A DNA stretch of 64,000 nt from positions 3,772 to 67,771 of the forward strand of contig CAIRTQ010000036.1 of assembly GCA_903881545.1 (NCBI GenBank). Reading direction: 5' to 3'. Source of the stretch: an uncultured Elusimicrobia bacterium. Its GTDB lineage: Bacteria > Elusimicrobiota > Elusimicrobia > UBA1565 > UBA9628. This document shows, piece by piece, positions 9,698-18,955 of this stretch. The stretch's first letter is position 1; every line of letters begins with the position of its first letter. Position numbers and translations under genes: made by a program. Below the pieces are notes generated by a model. It was not told where the DNA came from. It made no database searches and saw only the letters and a list, made by a program, of their open reading frames with translations.

Positions 9698-10885
9698 CTA
9701 TCGAGCGCCTTCTCCGCGCGCTCCGGGAGAAATCAGCAGCATGGGGACCGCCACCGCCGCGCCGGCCGCGCCCAGCCAAAACGGCGCCTGCGGAGAGATG
9801 TGGGTCCACAGCCAGCCCGCGACGAGGCTGGCCGCCAAAGCCAGTCCGCCGGTGACTCCCTGAAAGACTCCCATGGCCGTGGCGCGGTTCTCCGGGCCAC
9901 AGCACTGCGCCACCGCGGCTTTCAGCGAGCCTTCGGTCAAGGCACCATAGAAGCCGTAGACCGCGAAGAGTATCCAATACCAACCCGGCCCCGTGGCCCG
10001 CGCAAAGCCAAGGTAGGTCGCGGCGAAGACCGCCAACCCCACGGCCACGGCACGCGTACGGCCGATACAGTCCGCCAGCGCGCCGGCGGGGGTTGCGGTC
10101 AAAGCGTAGACCGCGTTATAAAGGACATAAGCCAAAACCATCCGGCTTGGGCTTAAGCCCCCCTGCACGGCCTTGAGCAAAAGGAAGGCGTCGCTGCTGT
10201 TTCCCAGGGCGAATATGCCGTAAATGAGCAGGAGCCGCTTGAACTCCGGACTGAGCGGGGCCGCTGGGGCCGGCGCCGGCCCCAGCGGTGCCGGCTGAGC
10301 CGGGCGCTCTTCTACGAAGGCCGCCAACACCAGCACCCCCAGGACGGCCGGAATCGCGGCGATAAGGAAGATCGACCGATAGCCGAGGCCCCAAACCGAC
10401 ATGAGCGCGACGGTCACCAGCGGCCCGACGACCGCGCCGGCGGTGTCCAGGGCGCGATGGAAGCCGAAGGCTTTGCCCCAGTGCGCAGGCTCTGCCGAGG
10501 CGGTCAGAAGCGCGTCGCGCGCCGAGGTGCGCAGGCCCTTGCCCAGACGGTCCAGGACGCGGCAACCCAGGACGAACGGCCAAACCCCGGCCAAAGCCAG
10601 TAAGGGCTTGCTCAGCGCGGAGAGGCTGTAGCCCCATAGCACGAACGGTTTGCGGCGCCGCGCGCGGTCGGACCACCAACCGCCCGCGGCCTTGAGCAAG
10701 CTGGCCGTGGCCTCGGCCAAGCCCTCAATCAATCCCACCGCGGTCATGGGCGCGTGCAGGACCCCGGTCAGGAAAAGCGGCAGCACGGGATAGATCATCT
10801 CGGAGGATACGTCGGTCAGGCCGCTGACCACCCCCATGAATACGACGTTGCGGCCGATATCCTTTAAGAAGCGCGGACGCTGCAT
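9698..10885 (-). CDS. MFS transporter
   Basis: 12-TM pattern from MQRPRFLKDIGRNVVFMGVV. Start placed at the internal Met; the upstream part of the ORF overlaps rplU on the other strand. Confidence 0.7.
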   Translation of the reverse strand: MQRPRFLKDIGRNVVFMGVVSGLTDVSSEMIYPVLPLFLTGVLHAPMTAVGLIEGLAEATASLLKAAGGWWSDRARRRKPFVLWGYSLSALSKPLLALAGVWPFVLGCRVLDRLGKGLRTSARDALLTASAEPAHWGKAFGFHRALDTAGAVVGPLVTVALMSVWGLGYRSIFLIAAIPAVLGVLVLAAFVEERPAQPAPLGPAPAPAAPLSPEFKRLLLIYGIFALGNSSDAFLLLKAVQGGLSPSRMVLAYVLYNAVYALTATPAGALADCIGRTRAVAVGLAVFAATYLGFARATGPGWYWILFAVYGFYGALTEGSLKAAVAQCCGPENRATAMGVFQGVTGGLALAASLVAGWLWTHISPQAPFWLGAAGAAVAVPMLLISPGARGEGAR

Positions 10886-10954
10886 AGGGCTTCTTCGGAT
10901 GGTATCAAAATCGCTCTTGATAGGGAACCGCCGATTTGATATCCTGTCTTCGTT

Positions 10955-11266
10955 ATGTACGCTATAATAGAAACAGGCGGTAGGCAGTTCTGGGTGGCTC
11001 CCGGCGAGACCATCCGCGTGGAGAAGCTTGAGGTGGAAGCCGGCAAAGAGCTGACTTTCAAGGCGCTCTGGGCGGCGGGCGATGCCGCGGAGGGCAAGGA
11101 ACCCGCGACCTCCCGCGCGGCTGAGGTCACGGTCGAAGTGGTCAAGCAGACCCGCGGCCCCAAGATCATCGTCTTTAAACGGCGGAGCAAGAAGGCCTAC
11201 CGAAAGACCAAGGGCCATCGCCAGAACTACACCGATCTCCGCATCAAGACCATTTCCATCAACTAA
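10955..11266 (+). CDS. rplU: 50S ribosomal protein L21
   Basis: [14 protein letters not shown]... canonical L21. Confidence 0.95.
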   Translation: MYAIIETGGRQFWVAPGETIRVEKLEVEAGKELTFKALWAAGDAAEGKEPATSRAAEVTVEVVKQTRGPKIIVFKRRSKKAYRKTKGHRQNYTDLRIKTISIN

Positions 11267-11271
11267 CTAAC

Positions 11272-11532
11272 ATGGCACACACAAAAGCTCAGGGCTCTTC
11301 CAGCAACGGACGCGACAGCAACGGCCAGCGCCTCGGCGTCAAGCGCTACGGCGGCCAGCGCGTGCTCGCGGGCGCGGTCCTCGTACGCCAGCGCGGCACC
11401 AAATTCCTCCCCGGTCGCAACGTGGGCCGCGGCAAGGACGACACGCTCTTCGCCAAGGCGGCCGGCATCGTCGCCTTCGAGTGGGCGCACAAGGACAAGA
11501 AGCGCATCAGCATCTTGCCCGCGGTCGCCTGA
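11272..11532 (+). CDS. rpmA: 50S ribosomal protein L27
   Basis: [29 protein letters not shown] canonical L27. Confidence 0.95.
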   Translation: MAHTKAQGSSSNGRDSNGQRLGVKRYGGQRVLAGAVLVRQRGTKFLPGRNVGRGKDDTLFAKAAGIVAFEWAHKDKKRISILPAVA

Positions 11533-11556
11533 CCGGGCTCGGACCCCGGATCCGCA

Positions 11557-12885
11557 GTGGAGTTCATCGACAAAGTCCGTCTTTTCATCACGGCGGGCAA
11601 CGGGGGCAACGGTTGCCTCTCCTTCCACCGCGAGAAATTCATCGAGTTCGGCGGGCCTGACGGCGGCGACGGCGGCCGGGGAGGCTCCGTCTACCTCGAA
11701 GCCTCCCCTCGCCTGACCACGCTCCTGGAACTCGCCCGCAAGCCGCACATCCGCGGCATCGACGGCTGCGCCGGAAAGGGCAAGGGCAAGACCGGGGAAT
11801 CCGCGGCGGAAACGGTCGTCTTCGTACCCGCGGGCACCATGGTCTACCGCGACGGGCTCCTGCTGGCTGATCTCCTGGAGCCAGGGCAACGGATACTGGT
11901 CGCCGATGGCGGCCGGGGCGGCCGCGGCAACCTTTCCTTCAAGAGCCGCCGGGTGATCACCCCGCGGCTTTGCGAACGCGGCGAGCCGGGGGAAGATGTC
12001 GAGATCATGACCGAGCTCAAACTCCTGGCCGACGTGGGCTTGGTGGGCTTTCCCAACGCCGGCAAGTCGAGCCTCCTGGCGCGCATCTCCAACGCCCGGC
12101 CCAAGGTGGCCGCTTATCCCTTTACCACTTTGACCCCGAACCTGGGCGTCGTCGAATACAAGTCCACGAGCTTCGTGGCCGCCGACATCCCGGGCCTCAT
12201 CGAGGGCGCCCACTCCGGTCGGGGCTTGGGCACGGAATTCCTCCGGCACATCGAACGTACGCGCGTCCTGGTACACCTCGTCGACCCCGAGGGCTTCGGC
12301 GGCCGCGGCCCCGTGCCCGGCATAAAAGACATCGAGCATGAGCTCAAGTCCTTCTCGCCCAAGCTCGCAGCCAAACCGCGCCTGCTGGCCGTCAATAAGC
12401 TCGACCTGCCCGGCGGACGCGAGGTCCTGCGCCAGGTCAAGGCCCGCTACCCGCGCCGGACCTTCGGGATATCCGCCGCCACCGGCGAAGGCATCGCGGC
12501 CCTCCTGGACCGCGTCATCCGGGAACTCTCGCGACTGCCCCCGGGACCCGCGACCACGCCCAACGCCCAGGCCGGTAGCCGCGCCCTGCGCATGGACATC
12601 GGCTTCCGGGCCCGGCCTTTGGGCGGGGGGCGTTTCGAGCTCACGGGCCGCTTCGTGCTGCGGGCCGCGGCCATGCTGGAGGCGACGCTGCCCGAGGCGG
12701 TGGAACGATTTCAGGCGGCCCTCAAGCGCATCGGCGTGGATAAGGCACTTAAGCGTCTCGGCATCCGGGAAGGCGACATGGTGCGCTGCGGCGACTTCGA
12801 ATTCGAATGGACGGATGCCGCGCGCCGGCCGCTGCCGCGCCTGCAGGGAGACCGCCGCACCCGTATCGGCATCGGGAAGAAATGA
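11557..12885 (+). CDS. obg: GTPase Obg/CgtA
   Basis: Glycine-rich Obg fold N-terminus ([11 protein letters not shown]) and [12 protein letters not shown]1 motif. Sits in the conserved rplU-rpmA-obg order. Confidence 0.95.
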   Translation: MEFIDKVRLFITAGNGGNGCLSFHREKFIEFGGPDGGDGGRGGSVYLEASPRLTTLLELARKPHIRGIDGCAGKGKGKTGESAAETVVFVPAGTMVYRDGLLLADLLEPGQRILVADGGRGGRGNLSFKSRRVITPRLCERGEPGEDVEIMTELKLLADVGLVGFPNAGKSSLLARISNARPKVAAYPFTTLTPNLGVVEYKSTSFVAADIPGLIEGAHSGRGLGTEFLRHIERTRVLVHLVDPEGFGGRGPVPGIKDIEHELKSFSPKLAAKPRLLAVNKLDLPGGREVLRQVKARYPRRTFGISAATGEGIAALLDRVIRELSRLPPGPATTPNAQAGSRALRMDIGFRARPLGGGRFELTGRFVLRAAAMLEATLPEAVERFQAALKRIGVDKALKRLGIREGDMVRCGDFEFEWTDAARRPLPRLQGDRRTRIGIGKK

Positions 12886-13763
12886 CCGCCCCGGACGCCT
12901 ATGCCGCGCGGCTTGCCGACCCCTCTGACCCTGACGCCGCCCAGGCCTTCTGCATGCGCCTGGCCGCGGAGCGCCGCGCCTTCGGCTGGACGCGGCGACT
13001 GTCCCCCCGGCGCTTATGGCCGCACCTCGCGGCTCTCTACGCTTTCGCGCGCATCACCCGCGACTTGGTCGAAGATCCGGCCCACGAGAGCTCGCGGCCG
13101 CAGCGCCTGACGGACTGGCGCCGCCAACTGCAAGGCCTGGGGCGGGAAGCTCCGGAGCACCCGGTCTTCACGGCCTTGGGGCGCGCGGTGCGCGAATTCG
13201 ACCTGCCGGTCAGCCTACTCGACGACCTGGTGGCGGCCGGCCTGCAGGAAACGGGCCAGACCCGCTACGCGACCTACAACGAACTCCTGGCCCTTTGCCA
13301 CCGCGCTGCCGACCCGCTAGGCCGGCTCGTCCTCATGCTGCACGGCTGTCGCGACGAGGGCGTGCTGCGCTACTCCGACGCGCTGTGCTCGGGGCTGCTG
13401 CAGACCCATTTTTGGCGGGACCTGGCCCTGGACCTCGCGCGCGACCGCATCTACATCCCCGAAGAGGATTTCCGGGCCTTCGGCTACACCGAGGCGGACC
13501 TGCGCATGGGCGTGTGCAACGAGAAGTTCCGCGAACTCATGCGCTTCGAGGTCAACCGGACGCGCGCCCTCTTCGAGCAGGCCCGGCCCCTGCCGGAGAA
13601 GCTGCGCAAGCCCTTCGCCTGGCAGGTGACGCTGGCCTGGTACGGCGGCCGGGAGACCCTGCGGCAGATACGCAAAATGGGCTTCGACACCATCACGCAC
13701 CGCCCGGTCCTGGGCCGCTGGGATTGGCTGCCCCTGGCGCTGCGGACCTTATTGCGGCCATGA
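12882..13763 (+). CDS. Squalene/phytoene synthase family protein (HpnC-like)
   Basis: Isoprenoid synthase fold (YAFARITRDLVED...). ATGA overlap with the obg stop. Paired with a second paralogue, as in hopanoid hpnCD clusters. Confidence 0.7.
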   Translation: MTAPDAYAARLADPSDPDAAQAFCMRLAAERRAFGWTRRLSPRRLWPHLAALYAFARITRDLVEDPAHESSRPQRLTDWRRQLQGLGREAPEHPVFTALGRAVREFDLPVSLLDDLVAAGLQETGQTRYATYNELLALCHRAADPLGRLVLMLHGCRDEGVLRYSDALCSGLLQTHFWRDLALDLARDRIYIPEEDFRAFGYTEADLRMGVCNEKFRELMRFEVNRTRALFEQARPLPEKLRKPFAWQVTLAWYGGRETLRQIRKMGFDTITHRPVLGRWDWLPLALRTLLRP

Positions 13764-14587
13764 GCGGCGAAAGCCGGTCCAATTTCGCTCCGGCGTTCCT
13801 CTTTCTGCCCCGCCCCAAGCGCGAGGCGCTGCGTGCGGTCTACGCCTACTGCCGACTCATCGACGACATCGTCGACTCCGGCGCCTGGCCCGAGGCCGAG
13901 GCGCGGCGGCAACTGGATTTCTGGCGCGAGGAGGTGGAGCGCCTCTTCGCCGGCCGGCCCACGCACGCCGTGGCCCAGAGCCTCTTGCCGCATGTAGCGG
14001 CCTTCCGCCTGCCCAAGGAGGCTTTCCTGGAGATGATCCGGGGCTGCTCCCTGGACCTGGAGGGGACACGCTACCGGACACCCGAGGAATTGGAGAGCTA
14101 TATGCGCGGCGTGGCCTCCTCCGTGGGCCTGCTCGCCGTCGAGATCTTCGGCTACCGGTCCACCCCTCCCGAACGGATCCGCGAGTTCGCAACACTCTTC
14201 GGCTACGCCTTCCAATTGACCAACATCATCCGTGATGTGGGCGCCGACCTGGAGCTGGGACGCATCTACCTGCCGGCCAGCGACATGGAGGCGGCGGGCT
14301 ATACGATGAAATCCCTGATGCTGCGCGAGCACAACGCGGCTTTCGGCAGCCTCATGGCCGCGCTCTACCGCCGGGCCAAGACCTACTACCAGAGGGCGCG
14401 CAGCCTGGTGGATTTCCGCGATCGCCCCGGGCTCGTCGCGGCCGAGGTCATGGCCCATGTCTACGAAGGGCTCCTGGAGGAGATCCGCGAGAACCACTTC
14501 CGGGTCCTGTTCCACCGCAGCAGCCTGTCCTCCTGGCGCAAGACGGTCCTCGCCGGCAAGGGCTGGCTGTATTGCCATGGGCTCTGA
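13760..14587 (+). CDS. Squalene/phytoene synthase family protein (HpnD/presqualene diphosphate synthase-like)
   Basis: Starts MSGESRS. Asp-rich YCRLIDDIVD and second DxxxD-like motif. ATGA overlap with the upstream gene. Confidence 0.75.
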   Translation: MSGESRSNFAPAFLFLPRPKREALRAVYAYCRLIDDIVDSGAWPEAEARRQLDFWREEVERLFAGRPTHAVAQSLLPHVAAFRLPKEAFLEMIRGCSLDLEGTRYRTPEELESYMRGVASSVGLLAVEIFGYRSTPPERIREFATLFGYAFQLTNIIRDVGADLELGRIYLPASDMEAAGYTMKSLMLREHNAAFGSLMAALYRRAKTYYQRARSLVDFRDRPGLVAAEVMAHVYEGLLEEIRENHFRVLFHRSSLSSWRKTVLAGKGWLYCHGL

Positions 14588-14621
14588 GCGCCCGACGCGG
14601 GTTCGGAGGTCCTAAAGACAG

Positions 14622-15188
14622 ATGCTCAAATCCGACAAATGGATCCGCCGGATGTGCCTGGAGCGCCAGATGATCGTCCCCTTCGCGGAGCGGACCGAGG
14701 GGAACGGTCGCATCTCCTTCGGCCTCTCTTCCTACGGCTACGACATCCGGCTTTCCGACGAGTACAAGGTCTTCGCCGGCGCCCCTGGAGCGGTCTTGGA
14801 CCCCAAGGCTTTCGACCGCGCCGCCTGCGCCGAGCACAAAGGCCCCTTCTGCCTCATCCCGCCGAACTCCTTCGCCCTGGCGCGCTCCCTGGAGCTTTTT
14901 TGCATCCCGCGCAGCGTCCTCTGCCTCTGCCTAGGCAAGAGCACCTACGCGCGCTGCGGAATCATCGTCAACGTGACTCCCCTGGAGCCGGGCTGGACCG
15001 GGCACCTGACCATGGAGATTTCCAACACCGCGCCAGTCCCGGCCAAGGTCTACTCGGGAGAGGGCATCGCCCAACTGGTTTTTCTTGAAGCTGATGAGGC
15101 CTGCGAGACGAGCTATGCCGACCGCCGCGGGCTGTATCAGGCCCAGGAAGGCATCGTCCTGCCTCGGGTGCGGCCAGAAGGACCGTGA
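14622..15188 (+). CDS. dcd: dCTP deaminase
   Basis: 188 aa with [13 protein letters not shown] and [11 protein letters not shown] motifs typical of Dcd/dUTPase-fold proteins. Confidence 0.9.
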   Translation: MLKSDKWIRRMCLERQMIVPFAERTEGNGRISFGLSSYGYDIRLSDEYKVFAGAPGAVLDPKAFDRAACAEHKGPFCLIPPNSFALARSLELFCIPRSVLCLCLGKSTYARCGIIVNVTPLEPGWTGHLTMEISNTAPVPAKVYSGEGIAQLVFLEADEACETSYADRRGLYQAQEGIVLPRVRPEGP

Positions 15189-16477
15189 CGGCAGTGGGAC
15201 TCGTGAGACGCCCAGCCTTGATTAAAGAATTCCACAGGGAACTCACCCTGCTTGGCGCCATCCTGCTTTGCCCCGTCTTTGCGGTGGCCCAGCTGACGGC
15301 GCGTACAAGCCCCTGGAGCTACTCCGCCGGCGCCGAAGCCAAAGAGACATACGACGGCAATGTCTTCCTCCAGGACCACGGCAACCTGGCCCGTCGGCAT
15401 TCAATGGTCACAGCCGTCTCGCCCGGCGTCAGCGGGGCTTATCAAGAAAGCCCAGCCTTCAAAGCCGCCCTGTCCTATCTTCTGGATGCGTCGTTCTACC
15501 ATGACGCGCCATCGGAGAGCAATCTCACCCATCGGGGCGCACTCAATTTCAGCGGGCAGGCCGCGGATACGACTTGGGAAGCGCTCAACCGGGCGGTCTG
15601 GATCGACGGGAGCCGGCAGGGCCCGACGTTCACATCCGGCGGGGATGTGCCTGCCATCGGCGGCATCCCGCTACGGGATCGGCGCGCGGCGCTGGTCTGT
15701 TTCAACAGCTTCAAGGCGACCCGGACCTTGGGAAGCTGGTTCGTACGTCCGGTGTTCAATTCGTATGTGCATGACTTCCGCACCGAACAGCATGCCCAGA
15801 CCGGCGCTTACGTGGGCTACGAGAATTATATGAGCCGCAACGAGGTCAGCGGCGGGGCGGATGTGGGATTCGAGGCGGCGCAGCGGCTCTGGGTGGTCTT
15901 GGGCTACCGCTACGGCCACCAGCACCAAGGCCGGCTGTTGGGGAAATCCAGCCCGTACAGCAGCGATTACCAGCGACCCCTGGCCGGAGTCGAGGGCAGT
16001 CCGGTGGACTGGGCGAAGTTCAATCTCTTGATCGGACCGGACATCCGGGCCTTCGCGCCCGGCACGCAGGCGGGCTTCGACCGGAATAAATTATTGCTTT
16101 ACTTCGACGGCTCCCTGACCCTCACGCCAAGCCGGCGAGATACGTTGGTCCTGACCGTCCGCCGCTACGAACAGCCGGCCTTCTCCAGCCAGAGCGTCTA
16201 TGAGGACATCACCTACGATTTTTCCTGGCAGAGGAGATTCAACGAGCGCCTGACCGCCGGCGCGGGATTCAACGCCCACGGCGGCACCTGGCAAGCGCCC
16301 GCCCGGCGGAATGATTGGATCCTGACTCCCAGCGGGATGGCGCGATGGTCGTTTAACAAGAAGCTGGCCGGCGAGGTGAGCTTCCTCTACGACAAGGCCG
16401 AAAGCCTGATTCGGAACACCCAGGGCCGGGAATACACGAGGCCCCTGCTTTCGGCCAGCATGAAGTATTCCTTCTGA
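15185..16477 (+). CDS. Outer-membrane beta-barrel protein, unknown function
   Basis: Signal-peptide-like N-terminus with alternating amphipathic strands. Ends in the ..SMKYSF C-terminal Phe, the OMP sorting signal. Confidence 0.6.
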   Translation: MTAVGLVRRPALIKEFHRELTLLGAILLCPVFAVAQLTARTSPWSYSAGAEAKETYDGNVFLQDHGNLARRHSMVTAVSPGVSGAYQESPAFKAALSYLLDASFYHDAPSESNLTHRGALNFSGQAADTTWEALNRAVWIDGSRQGPTFTSGGDVPAIGGIPLRDRRAALVCFNSFKATRTLGSWFVRPVFNSYVHDFRTEQHAQTGAYVGYENYMSRNEVSGGADVGFEAAQRLWVVLGYRYGHQHQGRLLGKSSPYSSDYQRPLAGVEGSPVDWAKFNLLIGPDIRAFAPGTQAGFDRNKLLLYFDGSLTLTPSRRDTLVLTVRRYEQPAFSSQSVYEDITYDFSWQRRFNERLTAGAGFNAHGGTWQAPARRNDWILTPSGMARWSFNKKLAGEVSFLYDKAESLIRNTQGREYTRPLLSASMKYSF

Positions 16478-16577
16478 CGCCGGCCCAGGAGACCAGACCG
16501 TATAACCCTTCGTCACAACTTGAACCGCGCCATGACGCCTGCGCTGGTGGACCGCCACATGGCCGAAGCTCCAGCCC

Positions 16578-16630
16578 AGCGCCGCGCGCCGGAGAGAATG
16601 CGGAGCTGCTCCTTAATGACGGCGAATGAA
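16578..16630. repeat. Diverged ~50-bp copy of an internal crotonase-gene segment (left flank of the rSAM insert)
   Basis: Matches gcgcgccNgagagNatgcggaNctgctccttNatgacggc at 18295-18360. Reverse-strand translation gives AVIKEQLRILSGA versus AVIKEQFRILSGA in the crotonase gene. Confidence 0.6.
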
Positions 16631-16650
16631 AAAACGGTCTTTATTTGTCG

Positions 16651-18088
16651 CTAGACCTTCAGATTGAAGATCGCTTTATAGGGATCGACTATGCACCTGA
16701 TGAGGAAGCCCATATAATCAAATATCCTCGTTGGGCGGTAGCGCAAAACTCTATAGAACCCTGATATGACCCGGCCTACCAGGGTATTCCCCGACATAAG
16801 AAAAAAGTAATTCTTTGAGTCGATATTCGCGATGCGATGCATCCTGATCATTTCCGCCTTCGGGAATCGATCGGTCTCAAAAAACACGGGCGGCTTCGCC
16901 GACCAGGTCCCGTGCCTGCAATCGACTTCTTGGAAGAAACGGCCGTTGGTCTGGACCCAATCATACAGCGGAGTTCCGGCAAATGGCATGGCTATATACC
17001 ATCGCGCGGGGATATCCAGTTTCCTAATAAATCCCATAGACCGGTAGACGGAATCCTTGTCCGTCCCAATGAGTCCGATGATCATAAAAGCTTCTACGGG
17101 AATCCCATGTCTCTTGATTAGCTTGACGGCCTTTTCAATGTCATCCAAGCTCTCGCCTTTCCGCACATAGTCAAAGGTTGCTGGGTCGCCGTTCTCCACT
17201 CCGATCGCCACCCGACAACAGCCGGCATCTCTCAATAGGGACACCAATTCTTCATCGATCCTATCGGCGCGGATACCGTTCCCTAATGCGAACTGGATAT
17301 TGAATCCTCCGGCGATGATTCGTCTTAGTATCCCCTTCGCCCTCTCGAGGTCCAGCGTGAAATTGTCGTCGACAATGGAAAAATTGCGGCATCCGGACTT
17401 CTCAACAACGAATCTTATTTCCGCAATGACATTCTCTACACTTCTTCCCCTCCACTTCTTGTCCCAGACAATCCCGTTCATACAGAAAACACAGCTGTAA
17501 GGGCAGCCTCGACTCGATAAGATCGGATAATAATAGTGTTTGGCTTTTTGGATCGCCACATCCGGGTAAGGGAGGACATCGACGATCAGCAACGGCCGGG
17601 GCGGATTGAGCCTGATATTCCCACCGTCTCGATAGATGAGCCCAGCGATATCTTTCAATTGCTTCCTGCCCGATAATGCTTCCAACAAATCCGCTGTTGT
17701 CTCTTCCCCTTCCCCGTAGATGGCATGGTCAAAGACAGGATTATCCTGCAGGAAGGCTTCCTTATGAAGGGCAACAGAGCTTCCACCTGCAATATATACG
17801 GCATTACACTTCTTTCTCAACACCGATGCGATTTCCAGCGCGCTGTCATGGCTCAATTCCATGATTGTGATGCCGATGATGTCGGGCTTCCAAGCTATGC
17901 AATCCTGGTAATGCGCCTTAGCCAGACCAGAACCCTTCAACATCCTGTGCAGCCCAAGAGGCTTGGTGCCTATATTAGCTTCGAAATTCCGTATCAGTAC
18001 ATCATGTCCCTTCCCTTTGAGAAACGACGCGATATACGCTAGGCCGAGATTGTAATCGTCTAGTGGATTGATTAACAATACGCGCATT
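16651..18088 (-). CDS. B12-binding-domain radical SAM protein (class B rSAM)
   Basis: N-terminal cobalamin-binding Rossmann fold (MRVLLINPLDDY...). CPYSCVFC radical-SAM CxxxCxxC motif. Markedly lower GC than its neighbours. Confidence 0.8.
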
Positions 18089-18166
18089 TGTTTGTAGATA
18101 ACCCCACACTTGGCCCTTCGCCGCGCCCAGATCTTCCGTCCCTTTGCGCTCCTTCCCGCTTCAGGC

Positions 18167-18946
18167 CTAATCGCCGCGGAACGCCGGGCGGCGCTTTTCC
18201 AGGAAGGCCCGCAGACCCTCAGCGTAGTCGTGGCTCTCGAAGACCGTGCGGCGCAGTCCCTCGACCCGCTCAAATGTGTCGGGGCTGATGGGGTGCGCGC
18301 CAGAGAGGATGCGGAACTGCTCCTTGATGACGGCCACGGAAAGCGGCGAATGCGCCGCGATCTTGCGGGCCAGTCCTAAAGCGAAGCCCTCCAGCTCCTC
18401 GGCCGGAACCAGATGGTTGAGGATGCCGAACTCCAAGGCGCGCGGGGCTTCCACCGGCTCAGCCGTAAAGAACATCTCTTTGGCGCGGTTGAGGCCGAGG
18501 TGGTTGATGAAATGGAGTATGCCCGAGGCGTTGTACGGGATGCCCACCTTGACCGGCGTGATGGCGAAAGCCGCGGTGGCGTCGCCCACGATCATGTCGC
18601 AGGTTAACGCCAGGTCGCAGGCCCCGCCCCAAACGCCGCCGCGCACCATGGCGATGACCGGGCCGGGATAGGACTCGATGGCGCGCAGGGCGATCTCCAA
18701 GGGGCTGTCGTAGGAGAGCGGATCGTGCTGCGACTTTTCGATCTCCTCCAGATCAAGGCCCGCGGACCACACCTTCGCGCCCGGCGCCGCGGCCAGGATT
18801 ACCACAGGCACATGGCTAGCCTGTAGCTGCGCCAGGGCCGCAGTCAGCTCTTCAAGGAGCTTGGCGCCCAAGGCGTTGCGCCGGTCCGGATTGGAAAAGG
18901 TGATGCGGCCGATCTTATCTTCGGCCGAGACTTGGACGAATGCCAT
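18167..18946 (-). CDS. Enoyl-CoA hydratase/isomerase (crotonase) family protein
   Basis: 259 aa with crotonase-fold motifs (ITFSNPDRRNALG... AAPGAKVWSAGLDL). Confidence 0.85.
   Translation of the reverse strand: MAFVQVSAEDKIGRITFSNPDRRNALGAKLLEELTAALAQLQASHVPVVILAAAPGAKVWSAGLDLEEIEKSQHDPLSYDSPLEIALRAIESYPGPVIAMVRGGVWGGACDLALTCDMIVGDATAAFAITPVKVGIPYNASGILHFINHLGLNRAKEMFFTAEPVEAPRALEFGILNHLVPAEELEGFALGLARKIAAHSPLSVAVIKEQFRILSGAHPISPDTFERVEGLRRTVFESHDYAEGLRAFLEKRRPAFRGD
18295..18360. repeat. Right copy of the repeat flanking the rSAM gene (inside the crotonase gene)
   Basis: See 16578-16630. The right copy carries an extra 13 nt relative to the left copy. Confidence 0.6.
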
Positions 18947-18955
18947 GCCTGCCTC

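Noticed and set aside
11263-12339. 358-aa minus-strand ORF
   Set aside because: Antisense to obg. Low-complexity composition.
13484-14578. 364-aa minus-strand ORF
   Set aside because: Antisense to the hpnD-like gene.
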